From Okamejei kenojei (lineage: Eukaryota), in contig CM069140.1 in NCBI GenBank assembly GCA_035221665.1, forward strand, positions 14,508,001 to 14,572,000: a stretch of DNA of 64,000 bases. The letters are read 5' to 3'. Position numbers and translations under genes: made by a program. A model generated the notes under the pieces. It was not told the origin of the DNA. It saw only the letters and a program-made list of their open reading frames with translations, and did not search any database. Below are positions 48,201 through 57,086 of the stretch, piece after piece. The number at the start of each line of letters is the position of its first letter. The stretch's first letter is position 1.

Positions 48201-50034
48201 CTGGATAGACTCGGCTTGTACTCGCTGGAATTTAGGAGATTGAGGGGGGATCTTATAGAGGCTTACAAATTTCTTAAGGGGTTGGACAGGCTAGATGCAG
48301 GAAGATTGTTCCCGATGTTGGGGAACTCCAGAACAAGGGGTCACAGTTTAAGGATAAGGGGGACGTCTTTTAGGACAGAGATGAGAAGATCTTTTTTCAC
48401 ACAGAGAGTGGTGAATCTCTGGAACTCTCTGCCACAGAAGGTAGTTGAGGCCAGTTCATTGGCTGTATTTAAGAGGGAGTTAGATGTGGCCCTTGTGGCT
48501 AAAAGGATCAGGGTGTATGGAGAGAAGGCAGGTACGGGATACTGAGTTGGATGATCAGCCATGATCATATTGAATGGCGGTGCAGGACTCGAAGGGCCGA
48601 ATGGCCTACTCCTGCACCTATTTTCTATGATTCTATGATTACTATACATATATTTACATATGATAATTAAACCTGAGATTGCTGTGTTTCGCCAAATTTA
48701 AATTTTAGATACTAATTTTGTTTCCATACAAGTCAGATTCTCTTGAATGGGAACCAAAATCAACTAGGACACAAAATGTGGTAGCTGCGGTAACTCAGTG
48801 CATCAGGCAGCATCTCTGGAGAACGTGGACAGGTGATGTTTTGGGCAGAGACCCTTCAACAAAAATTAACTAAAAGCAGATTGTCTTACCAACCTATTCG
48901 GTCAAAACTTTTATCACATTTTGGGCACTGGAGTATTTTCTTGCTTCCAGTCTGTAAAATGACCGGAGGTAATTCCTTGGGAACATTTTGCTCAATTTCA
49001 TCAGCATCCAGGGAATCATCTTCAGCAGTTTCGTCATCATTTTCAACGTCCCTTTGAATTTCTTCTTCCTCTCTTTCCATTTCTGCAAGCTTTGCTTCAA
49101 CTTCTTCCATTTCATCTTCACTTTCTGTCCCGTCGTGGTCATCATTGTCATTCTCAATGTCGCTACTACTTTTACTGGAATATTCATCTTCAGAGACGTC
49201 TGTGTTTTCAATGCTTTTGCTCTCAAACTTTGCTGGGCATTTGCGTGTCCGAATTGACCACCTGCTTCGTGTAACTTCCGTCTTTGCTGCATCAGAACCT
49301 TCGTCTTGTCCATGGGAGCTGGCATTGTGGGCTTTAGTAATGTGGTTCTCTAAGGATTTTTTATAACAGAAACTTTTATTGCAGAAGCTGCATACATTGT
49401 TATGCTGTAGTTTGGCAGTGTGTTCTGGGGGATCCTTTTCTTGCAAACACTGGTTGTTTTCAGCGAACGAAACTGTTTGGGTTGACCTGGACACATTTTC
49501 ATTACTGGTCAACAATTTAACCGCGTCTATTATGTCCAGGAACTGTGCTGCTTCCAAAATTGAAGGGATTTCGCTCTCCTGAATGAAGAATTCAGAGGTA
49601 TACAAAAATTCTAACAAATGATGGAAAACATAGTAACTGACATGGTCCAATTGGATACTATCCACGTTTGGATTTTTACTTAAACAAGTATGAAAATAAC
49701 TGCTACCCACAGCGACAACCACCTTGTGGGCACAAAAATGCTTTCCTTCCACCATGATAACTAAATCACAGAAAGGTGACTGCTTGAGTCGATCATCATT
49801 CATGTATTTCAACAGATTCTTGTTGTGCAGCAGTGATCTCAGATGTACAATTGGTGACGATTGTCCTAAAGGAACATCAAGATTGTCTGCAACACTTGTA
49901 ATGTTTTGAATCAACCTGGGACCATAGTATAGATGTTCAAATTTTGTTGTCTGTAAATCCAAGAAAACGTCTTTGCACGGCGCACCAGTTAAATTTGAAC
50001 CAGTTTGATAAGAACTGTCAATATTCTGAGACAT
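29602..50034 (-). CDS. ZBTB41: ZBTB41, zinc finger and BTB domain-containing protein 41 (complete CDS, 10 coding exons, 915 aa)
   Basis: Exons (minus): 50034-48894, 45326-45119, 43213-43144, 42974-42827, 39785-39656, 39448-39353, 37183-37077, 36700-36595, 32866-32778, 30254-29602; sum 2748 nt. BTB ([12 protein letters not shown]...[26 protein letters not shown]), acidic linker, 14 C2H2 fingers, C-terminal [22 protein letters not shown]; syntenic with ASPM. Confidence 0.96.
31515..31652 (-). mobile_element. Penelope-derived terminal fragment
   Basis: Same family sequence. Confidence 0.65.
31790..32120 (-). mobile_element. CR1/HER1 LINE 3' end
   Basis: [42 protein letters not shown]. Confidence 0.85.
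32125..32266 (-). mobile_element. HE1-type SINE head fragment
   Basis: tRNA-like head on minus strand. Confidence 0.65.
32778..32866 (-). CDS. ZBTB41: ZBTB41 coding exon 9
   Basis: [29 protein letters not shown]; 89 bp. Confidence 0.95.
32894..33092. mobile_element. Penelope-derived fold-back fragment next to a ZBTB41 acceptor
   Basis: TSD AAAATGTTAGA at 32883-32893 and 33093-33103. Confidence 0.7.
33607..33900 (+). mobile_element. HE1-type SINE
   Basis: Head, V-domain GGGTTTCCTCCAGGTGCTCCAGTTTCCTCCCACA, CR1-type tail. Confidence 0.75.
34359..35967 (-). mobile_element. Full-length Tc1/mariner (IR/DR, Passport-like) transposon with disrupted transposase (35594-34576)
   Basis: TA-CAGTGGCTTGCAAAAGTATTCA...TGAATACTTTTGCAAGCCACTG-TA; ~210-bp TIRs; [25 protein letters not shown] motifs; frameshifts and stops. 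Confidence 0.92.
36211..36500 (-). mobile_element. HE1-type SINE
   Basis: Full head, body and tail on minus strand. Confidence 0.8.
36595..36700 (-). CDS. ZBTB41: ZBTB41 coding exon 8
   Basis: [35 protein letters not shown]; 106 bp; AAG acceptor. Confidence 0.93.
37077..37183 (-). CDS. ZBTB41: ZBTB41 coding exon 7
   Basis: [35 protein letters not shown]; 107 bp. Confidence 0.95.
37252..37577 (+). mobile_element. HE1-type SINE
   Basis: GGTGCAGCGGTAGAGTTGCT head...GTTTCCGCGCTGTATCTCTAAA tail. Confidence 0.8.
37639..39282 (-). mobile_element. Second full-length Tc1/mariner family element with disrupted transposase (38937-37899)
   Basis: TA-(T/C)AGTGCCCTCCATAATGTT...AACATTATGGAGGGCACTG-TA; ~230-bp TIRs; [25 protein letters not shown]. 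Confidence 0.9.
39353..39448 (-). CDS. ZBTB41: ZBTB41 coding exon 6
   Basis: [31 protein letters not shown]; 96 bp. Confidence 0.95.
39656..39785 (-). CDS. ZBTB41: ZBTB41 coding exon 5
   Basis: [43 protein letters not shown]; 130 bp. Confidence 0.95.
40560..40762. mobile_element. Penelope-derived fold-back fragment
   Basis: TSD CATTTCAGTTGT at 40548-40559 and 40763-40774. Confidence 0.7.
42827..42974 (-). CDS. ZBTB41: ZBTB41 coding exon 4
   Basis: [49 protein letters not shown]; 148 bp. Confidence 0.95.
43144..43213 (-). CDS. ZBTB41: ZBTB41 coding exon 3
   Basis: [23 protein letters not shown]; 70 bp. Confidence 0.92.
44216..44706 (+). mobile_element. CR1/HER1 LINE 3' end, interrupted by a ~47-bp Penelope tail
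   Basis: [11 protein letters not shown]...[13 protein letters not shown]...SRTRGHS; CACAGTTT duplicated around the insert. Confidence 0.85.
45119..45326 (-). CDS. ZBTB41: ZBTB41 coding exon 2
   Basis: [31 protein letters not shown]...LAKHVKR; 208 bp. Confidence 0.95.
46245..47215 (+). mobile_element. CR1 reverse-transcriptase core fragment with two nested Penelope ends (46568-46803, ~47017-47108)
   Basis: [22 protein letters not shown]...ISKFADDTK; TSD ATAC(G/T)AAAGTGGGT around the first insert. Confidence 0.85.
47373..47858 (-). mobile_element. Penelope-like element GIY-YIG endonuclease remnant
   Basis: [11 protein letters not shown]...[27 protein letters not shown] then (frameshift) PVAQHFNS...[17 protein letters not shown]. 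Confidence 0.88.
48163..48640 (+). mobile_element. CR1/HER1 LINE 3' end (well preserved)
   Basis: [32 protein letters not shown]...[14 protein letters not shown]; tail (TTCTATGA)n. Confidence 0.92.
48894..50034 (-). CDS. ZBTB41: ZBTB41 first coding exon (BTB domain, ZF1, acidic region)
   Basis: 382-aa ORF; ACC-ATG start; phase-1 donor AG|GTTGGT required by next exon. Confidence 0.93.
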
Positions 50035-50353
50035 GGTGTGGATTAAAATCGCTGAGGACGAATATTGGCTCTGTTCAGTCTGCTGCTATACAGTGGACCG
50101 TCATTGTGGAATAGGTATACATTCTCAACATTATATTTCCTTGTAATATTCATCAGATGTCCCCATTCTACGCAATCTTCTCAGAATGGCTGCAACATTC
50201 ATCAGCCCTGCAAGATTATTAAAATATGTCACACAAGGTTACAACATGACTTTGCTTTATATCAAATACCCGATCTTTTTTTTTTTTTAATTCTGCCCAG
50301 TCGGCACTTAATGTCAAGTTTCCACAGAACTGTTCAAAGCAATAATTATTTTA

Positions 50354-50665
50354 ATTTAGTTTAGTTTAGAGATACAGCGCGGAAACAAGCCCTTCGACCC
50401 ACCAAGTCCGTGATGACCAGTGATCCCCGCACACCAACACTATCCTACACACACACACACACACACAGGATAATTTACATTTATACCAAGCCAATTAACC
50501 TGCAAACCTGTACGTTGTTGGAGTGTGGGAGGAAACCGAAGATCTCGGAGAAAACCCATGCAGTCACAAGCAGAACGTACAAATTCCGTACAGACAGCAC
50601 CCGTAGTCAGGATAAAACCCGCGTCTCTGGCGCTGTAAAGCAGTAGCTCCACCACTACGCCATCC
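50354..50665 (-). mobile_element. HE1-type SINE
   Basis: (AAACT)n tail, V-domain and head on minus strand. Confidence 0.8.
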
Positions 50666-50999
50666 TGCCGCTCTGATAATTTGTTGTCCAGAAATGGCAT
50701 TTGTTTGAGGACTGTTTTATGCATGATTTATGCATAAAAGCCATTATGTGCACATGGGATTATGCTAGTTAGCATTTCTGGGTGGATTAGCAGCTATCAG
50801 AAAATTGGCCTGGGCACTTAAAGGCACAAATCACCTAAGCACACCCAAATACTGACTACAGCTGCTGCTTGTGTGGAGATTGCATGTTCTCCCTGTGTTC
50901 CCCATGGGTTTTCAACTCTGTCCCAAAGGCTGGGAGTCTAGCCAATTCCTGTAAATTTACACTTCACATAGGCAAGAAAATGGCCCTGCGATAGAGATG

Positions 51000-51257
51000 G
51001 GGTAGGCCATTTAGGACTGAGATGAGGAAAAACCTAGAGAATTGTGAATCTATGGAATTCTGTGCTACAGAAGGCAGTGGAGGCCAATTCACTGGATGTT
51101 TTCAAGAGAGAGTTGGATATAGCTCTTAGGGATAATGGAATCAAGGGATATGGGGAGAAGGCAGGAAAGGGGTACTGATTCTGGATGATCAGCCTCATAT
51201 TGAATGGTACTGCTGGCTCAAATGGCCTACCCCTGCACTTATTTTTTATGTTTCTAT
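51000..51257 (+). mobile_element. CR1 3' end fragment
   Basis: Similar to 48360-48640. Confidence 0.75.
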
Positions 51258-52114
51258 GAATACATTTCAGTGTTACTGGGGGAATTAAATGGAGGGAAGC
51301 CTTGCTGCTGGGAGATAGAGCGGACTTGGCAATAGATGGCCCCTTTCCGTGTCGTAATAGGTAAATAATTACCTAGTGTTCAACATGCTCCAAGTGACTT
51401 TATCCAGTTCACATCAGATATTTCCATATCTGCTCATGGAAACTGGCTGTGAATGGAGCGTCCTATGACCTGAATTTTAACACATCGTAAAACAAGAAAC
51501 TAATAATTGCAGCACCTTGTACTGAAATAATAAAGACAAGGCTTTTATTATTGTTAGTGATGATAGGGACAAAAGTAGAAAAAGTAGGAACGACTTCTGT
51601 AGAAAGTCAAAGGGGTTACTAAAGGGTCCACGCAGAGCCATCGATATTTTACCCACAACTTCTCTAAAAATCAGTTTTCCCTGCACTACCTTGTCCCTAT
51701 CGTCACGAACAATAAAAGCAGCCACTCTATTATGTCAGTATACGGTGGCGTGATTGTTAGTCCCTTAATAAAGCTGTAAATTAGATTCCTAGCCTCAGAA
51801 TTTATTAGACCATACTATTGCTCTCCCCCGAGCCCTTTCCCTCTCATCCCAAAGTTTTATCCATCATCACCATAGCAACCTTTAATATTGCTGTACCTGG
51901 CCGCCAAGGAGGATATTTCTTAAGAGACAACCCTCTTCCCAAGACATCATGGCAACAACACAATCCATGCACACAACTGCATTCAAGAATATGCATACGA
52001 TTCAAATCGCTAACAATTTTGTTAACAAAACTATTTTGCCAACAAATTTCTGATGATTTTGAAAGTCACTGAATGAGTGCCAGCATTACATTGAACGTCC
52101 ATTTATCACATTTC

Positions 52115-52378
52115 AAGATGAAGGAGGAAAGATTTTATAGGCATCTGAGGGGTTACTTTTTACGCAAAGGGTGCTGGGTGTACGGAACAAGCTGCCAGAA
52201 GAGGTAGTTGATGCTGGGACTATCACAAAATCGAAGAAGCAGACTGGTACATGGATAGGACAGGTTTAGAGGGATATGGGCCAAACGTAGGCAAATGCAA
52301 CTAGTGTAGATGGACCATATTGGTCGGTGTGGGCAAGTTGGGCCAAAGGGCCTGTCTTCGCACTGTATGACTCTACGA
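52115..52378 (+). mobile_element. CR1 3' end fragment
   Basis: Similar to reverse complement of 31790-32050. Confidence 0.7.
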
Positions 52379-52567
52379 CCACAAAAAAGTGATCTCCGAT
52401 TTCAAGGCGAGTAAAGAATGCATGTCCACCATAATAGGGTGAATCAAGTAAGAGCCGTTGTCAACACCTCACCACTGTCCTCAGCCCCAAACTATTCCTG
52501 TGTTTTGACAAAATGCACCTACATTCAAAAGTAAATAGATTTAAACAAATAGGACAAACTTAACTGT

Positions 52568-52807
52568 GTAACAAGGAACTGCAGATGCTGGTTTAAACCA
52601 AAGATAGATACAAAAAGCTGGAGTAACTCAGCAGGACAGGTAGCATCTCTGGAGAGAAGGAATGGGTGACGTTTCGGGTCGAGACCCTTTGTCAGACTCA
52701 CGTTTCGGGTCTGAAGAAGGGTCTTGACCCAAAACGTCACCCATTCCTTCTCTCCAGAGATGCTGCCTGTCCTGCTGTGTTACTCCAGCTTTTTGTGTCT
52801 ATCTTCA
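52568..52807. mobile_element. Penelope-derived fold-back fragment with back-to-back hammerhead-like cores
   Basis: Near-perfect ~90-bp arms; TSD GACAAAC(T/A)TAACTGT at 52553-52567 and 52808-52822. Confidence 0.78.
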
Positions 52808-53610
52808 GACAAACATAACTGTATGGTGAGACAAGATCCTCAATGTATATCATATTTTCAAATAAGACAAAGAAATACTAGTAGCAATAAACACTTGACC
52901 CATACCCGTCCAAAGCATCAAATTTTGTTGGTTACACATAATCACAACCAAATTATTTTCAAACAATTTATGTTTGATATCAAAGTTTTCATGCATCATA
53001 CTATTTGTAGTCAGAACTCAAAATTACAAACCACAAATACATCTGGAAGATGTTAAATTGATTAATGTAATGGTAGCACTGCCTAGGTATTAACTAAATG
53101 TCATTGCATTTCAAGGAATGGTGTAGCTGCTTTACAACGATTTGGTCATTTATCCTGTACTGAAATATTAATGTGTGTAAAAATCCAGTTACAATACGGA
53201 ATTAAAAGTTTCAGCTTTTAATTCCATGCATGCTTAAAAAATTTCTTCATGGTTAAAAACAAATAAGTCATACAGCGTGGAAACAGGCCCTTCGGCCCAT
53301 CTTGCCCACATTGGCCAACGTGTCGCAGCTACACTAGTCCCACCTGCCCGCATTTGGTCCATATCCCTCCAAACCCGTGACTGTGTACATTACTTTCATT
53401 GGGTTTTTATTTATGTACTGATGCAAGGAATTGTTTCCAGGAGATCCGTTTGTGCTGAATATCACAGTTGCTTCATTGTGGCTAAACTCTGGAACTCCCT
53501 ACCGACTAACATTGTGGGAATATCTGTACCAGAGGGACTACAACAGTTCAATGAGTTGGCTCACTATCACTTTCAAGGAGCATAATTCCTGGCCTTGACA
53601 ACTACAAATC

Positions 53611-54236
53611 GGGTGGCACCATCGAGTGTGGCAGCCTTGCCAGCAACTGTCCATCCTTTCACCCTTTTGTTAATTTTAGTTTGTCTAAAATTATGTTTTA
53701 AAGGTTTCTTAGTCTTTTTTATGTGGGGGGTGGGGGACGGGGAATAGGGGGAAACCATTTCCCAGTAACTTACCAGGACGGAGATGCGTCTTTTCTCCGA
53801 GTCCCAACTTCACCCCCTCCCACCAACTGGCGCGGCCTTTCCTGCCGGAGACCGGCCAGAGCTTCAGCAGTGGAGCAGCACTGAATTACCATCGCGGAGC
53901 AGGACAGTGCCTTGCCGAGGATCGCCGTGTTGGGCCTGCTGATTAACACCATGGAGCTGTGGTCTGCGGAGCTTCTAGCCGTAAGCCAAGAGGGCCTGAA
54001 CATCGGGCCGTCCGTAGTGGCGACTGTGGAGGGTTCAAAGGCCCCGACCGCGGGTGAACAAAGAGGAAGATGACTGAATTTTATTGCCTTCCCTCACAGT
54101 GGGAAACATTGATTCCGCTGTGGGGGATGTTCATGTTAAACTCTGTCGTGGCTTGTATTCTTTTTATCTGTATGGTAACTCAAATCTCACTGTACCAATG
54201 GGTGCATGGGACAATAAATGTAACTTGAACTTGAAG
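53611..54236 (+). mobile_element. GC-rich non-autonomous retroposon with stem-loop, AATAAA and (ACTTGA)n tail
   Basis: Tail CACTGTACC..GGTGCATGGGACAATAAA...ACTTGAACTTGAA resembles tails at ~27480-27535 and ~40975-41015. Confidence 0.5.
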
Positions 54237-55624
54237 TTCCAGAACAAAGAAAGTAAATTTAAAAATATTTATGAAACCAAACAACAAACTAGCTTCAAAC
54301 AGAATGAGAATCTGAAGTTCAACACCTCATATTTCACTTGGGGCAACTTACAACTCAGCAGTATTAATGCTGATTTCTCTCATTTTAAGTAGCCCCCGTC
54401 ACATCCTTGTATCCCTTCATTATCACCTCTTTCCCAGTCAACAATGAGCCTTCACCCTTCACTGGTCATCTCTGTTACCGGCCCTGCTTTCTTCTGGCCT
54501 TTTCTTACCTCCAGTTCTCTCCACCCGACTTTCAATATGAGGAAGAGACTTTCCCCGAAACATCATCCATTCTTTTTCTCCACAGGTGATGCCTGACCCA
54601 CTGAGTTACTTCTGCACTTTCTGTCTATTATGGGAAACAAGAATACAGATCTCATAATTAGGTCTGACTTAAACATTTTGACTAATATAATGTTCCAATT
54701 TCTCACATTATTAAAACACAAAATTGGATGTGATCTCTAAATACCAATAGCAATCTTATTTCTGCCTTATCTAAATGCTACTTCTTTATACAAAGGAGTG
54801 TGCATGGCAGATTATTCAACCATATTAAGTGCTACAATAATCACAACCAATCCTGTTCTCACTCAACATCCATTAAATACATTTTAAATCATGACAACAA
54901 TAAACACATTCAACTCTTCCCCACACAAATTCAGTTCCTCTTAAGAGTAATTTGAGTAACATGCCATTATATTGAGAACAAGAGATTCAACAATAGTTCA
55001 AAACCAGAAAGTATATAGGTCTAATTGGCAGCAATAAATATTTGGCATCTTGATTAATAATAGATTCAATGATCGAACGCAGATCACATGATGAAATGAG
55101 TATATCTAACACCTCTTGAGGATTTTTTTTTTTTTTTTAACAATTAACAAAACAGTCGACATTATTTAAATCTTTATTTCCTCAGAATAAATCATTGTCA
55201 GGGGAAAGAATTTCTGATGTCAACAGCAAGTACTTCAAGTTCTGACACTACATCCAAACACAACCCAACGGAATGTCCTTATCTCAATGCCAATAAAGCA
55301 TTAGCTGCTGCATTTTATTAATATAGAAGTCAGAACAGTACAGCACAGGAACAGGATCTTCTGCAAATGTATGTGTGCCGAAGATGATACCAAGATAAAC
55401 TAATCTCTTCTGCGTGATCCACATCCCTTCATTTATTTAATAACTTTATCTAAACAGGTTTAAATTAAAATAACATTCCTATGAAGCAGCATAGGACATA
55501 CTACCACATTAGAATAAGAAATCAGCAGCTTACGATTCCCTTAACATTCACCGCTGTTCCACACATAAGATTAACGCTTTTTCTCCAGTTCTTTAATTCT
55601 GACAATTGTTCTGAATTTAATTAA

Positions 55625-55928
55625 CAGATACAGCATGGAAACAGGCCCTACAGCCCACCAATTCCACACCGTCCATCAATCACCCATCCACACTAGTTCT
55701 ATGTATTCGCACTTTTACATCCACTCCCTACACACTCGGGGCTATTTACAGAGGGCCAATGAACCTACAAACCCCCAGGCCTTTAGCATGGCGGAGGAAA
55801 CCAGAACACCTGGAGGAAACCCGTGCGGTCAGAGAGAACGTGCAAACCCCACGCAGAAAGCACCAGAGGTCACGATTGAAGCCGGGTGTGTAGTGCTGTG
55901 AGGCAACAGCTTCACCAGCTGCGCCGCT
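55625..55928 (-). mobile_element. HE1-type SINE (diverged)
   Basis: Similar to reverse complement of 33607-33900. Confidence 0.7.
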
Positions 55929-56811
55929 GTCAGTGATGATCAGTAGTTTCTGAAATGTCCATAAAGTTGGAGCCTGGCGATTTGATCATTACACTTTAAA
56001 TGTTACCTCATAAATTCCACTTTGAAATTTGTGTATATATTTTTATCATGAAGCCACTTACCTCTCTGGCCAAGATTTGTACATTCGCACTAATGTTCTC
56101 TTATATGGCTCAGCTTGTTAACATTGCAGTGGAGCACAAAGGGATGTTTCACAACACTGTATAAATTGAAGGCATTAATGTTGCGATTTAGCACTGCCAA
56201 CTCCCAAGTGTAGAAGTTGTATTCCGAGTCCCACTTTCATTTCCGTCATCAGAGATTCACTATCGTCATTCTGTGTGCTTGGGCTGGATTCAAAACAAGG
56301 CAAGAGAAGTTAAAAGCTGAGTTTTTCCAGCCTTTTGTGTACCCTCGATTCTTTAACAAGAGAAGTTAAAAGCAATGTCCCAACTCAGAAGGACAGTGGG
56401 TCCGCAGCTCAATACTGTCACTCTCATCAACCATCTGAATCAGGCTTCTACTGGCAAAATAATACTTTTTCAATTCCCCACATCTGACTTGGCATCCCTA
56501 TTTCTGGCAGTTATATGAAGAATCATTGAACTGTGCTCAACAACCAGGGTAAAGAGGACTGGGGGATGCTGGAAGAAGTGAACGGGCCAGGAAGCATCTG
56601 TGGTGGTAATGAACAGACGTTTCGGGCCGGGAACTTCACACAGAGTGGGGGGAATGGTAGCAAGCATTCATCACCCACATCAACCCAACTTAGATCTATC
56701 ATTGTGCTAGACAGCTTGCAAGTGGACCCTCCAGACACACATGTCCATTTGGCAAACCGTGCTTGTCACAGGTCCATAGCCCTCTCCACATATCTTCCCT
56801 CATGCAGCACT

Positions 56812-56950
56812 GCCTCTCCCCCTCCACCACTCTCCCCGGCGCTCGCTCCCTCCACCACTCTCCCCGCGCTCTCCCCCTCTCCCCCTCTCCCCGGCGCTCG
56901 CTCCCCCCACCACTCTCCCCGGCGCTCGCTCCCTCCACCACTCTCCCTGC
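56812..56950. repeat. ~27-bp C-rich minisatellite at the start of the putative ZBTB41 intron 1
   Basis: Repeated CTCTCCCCGGCGCTCGCTCCCTCCACCA. Confidence 0.8.
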
Positions 56951-56974
56951 CTCCTGTGTCTCTCCCTCTCTCAC

Positions 56975-57065
56975 CTTTTGTTGGTCGCCGACAGCAGCCA
57001 TCGCCGGGCGCTGCGCTGCGCATGCGCGGGGGCTGCCGCGCGGCACGCCGGGACGGGGGAGCAAC
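56975..57065 (-). promoter_or_regulatory. Probable ZBTB41 promoter and first (5' UTR) exon
   Basis: Small CpG-dense patch; NRF1 palindrome TGCGCATGCGCG at 57017-57028; YY1-like GATGGCTGC; strong minus-strand donor AAG|GTGAGA at 56975/56974. Confidence 0.65.
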
Positions 57066-57086
57066 CTGGTGAACAGAATAATCACA

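Noticed and set aside
48988-49909. Plus-strand ORFs overlapping the ZBTB41 BTB exon
   Set aside because: Antisense shadows of the real coding exon
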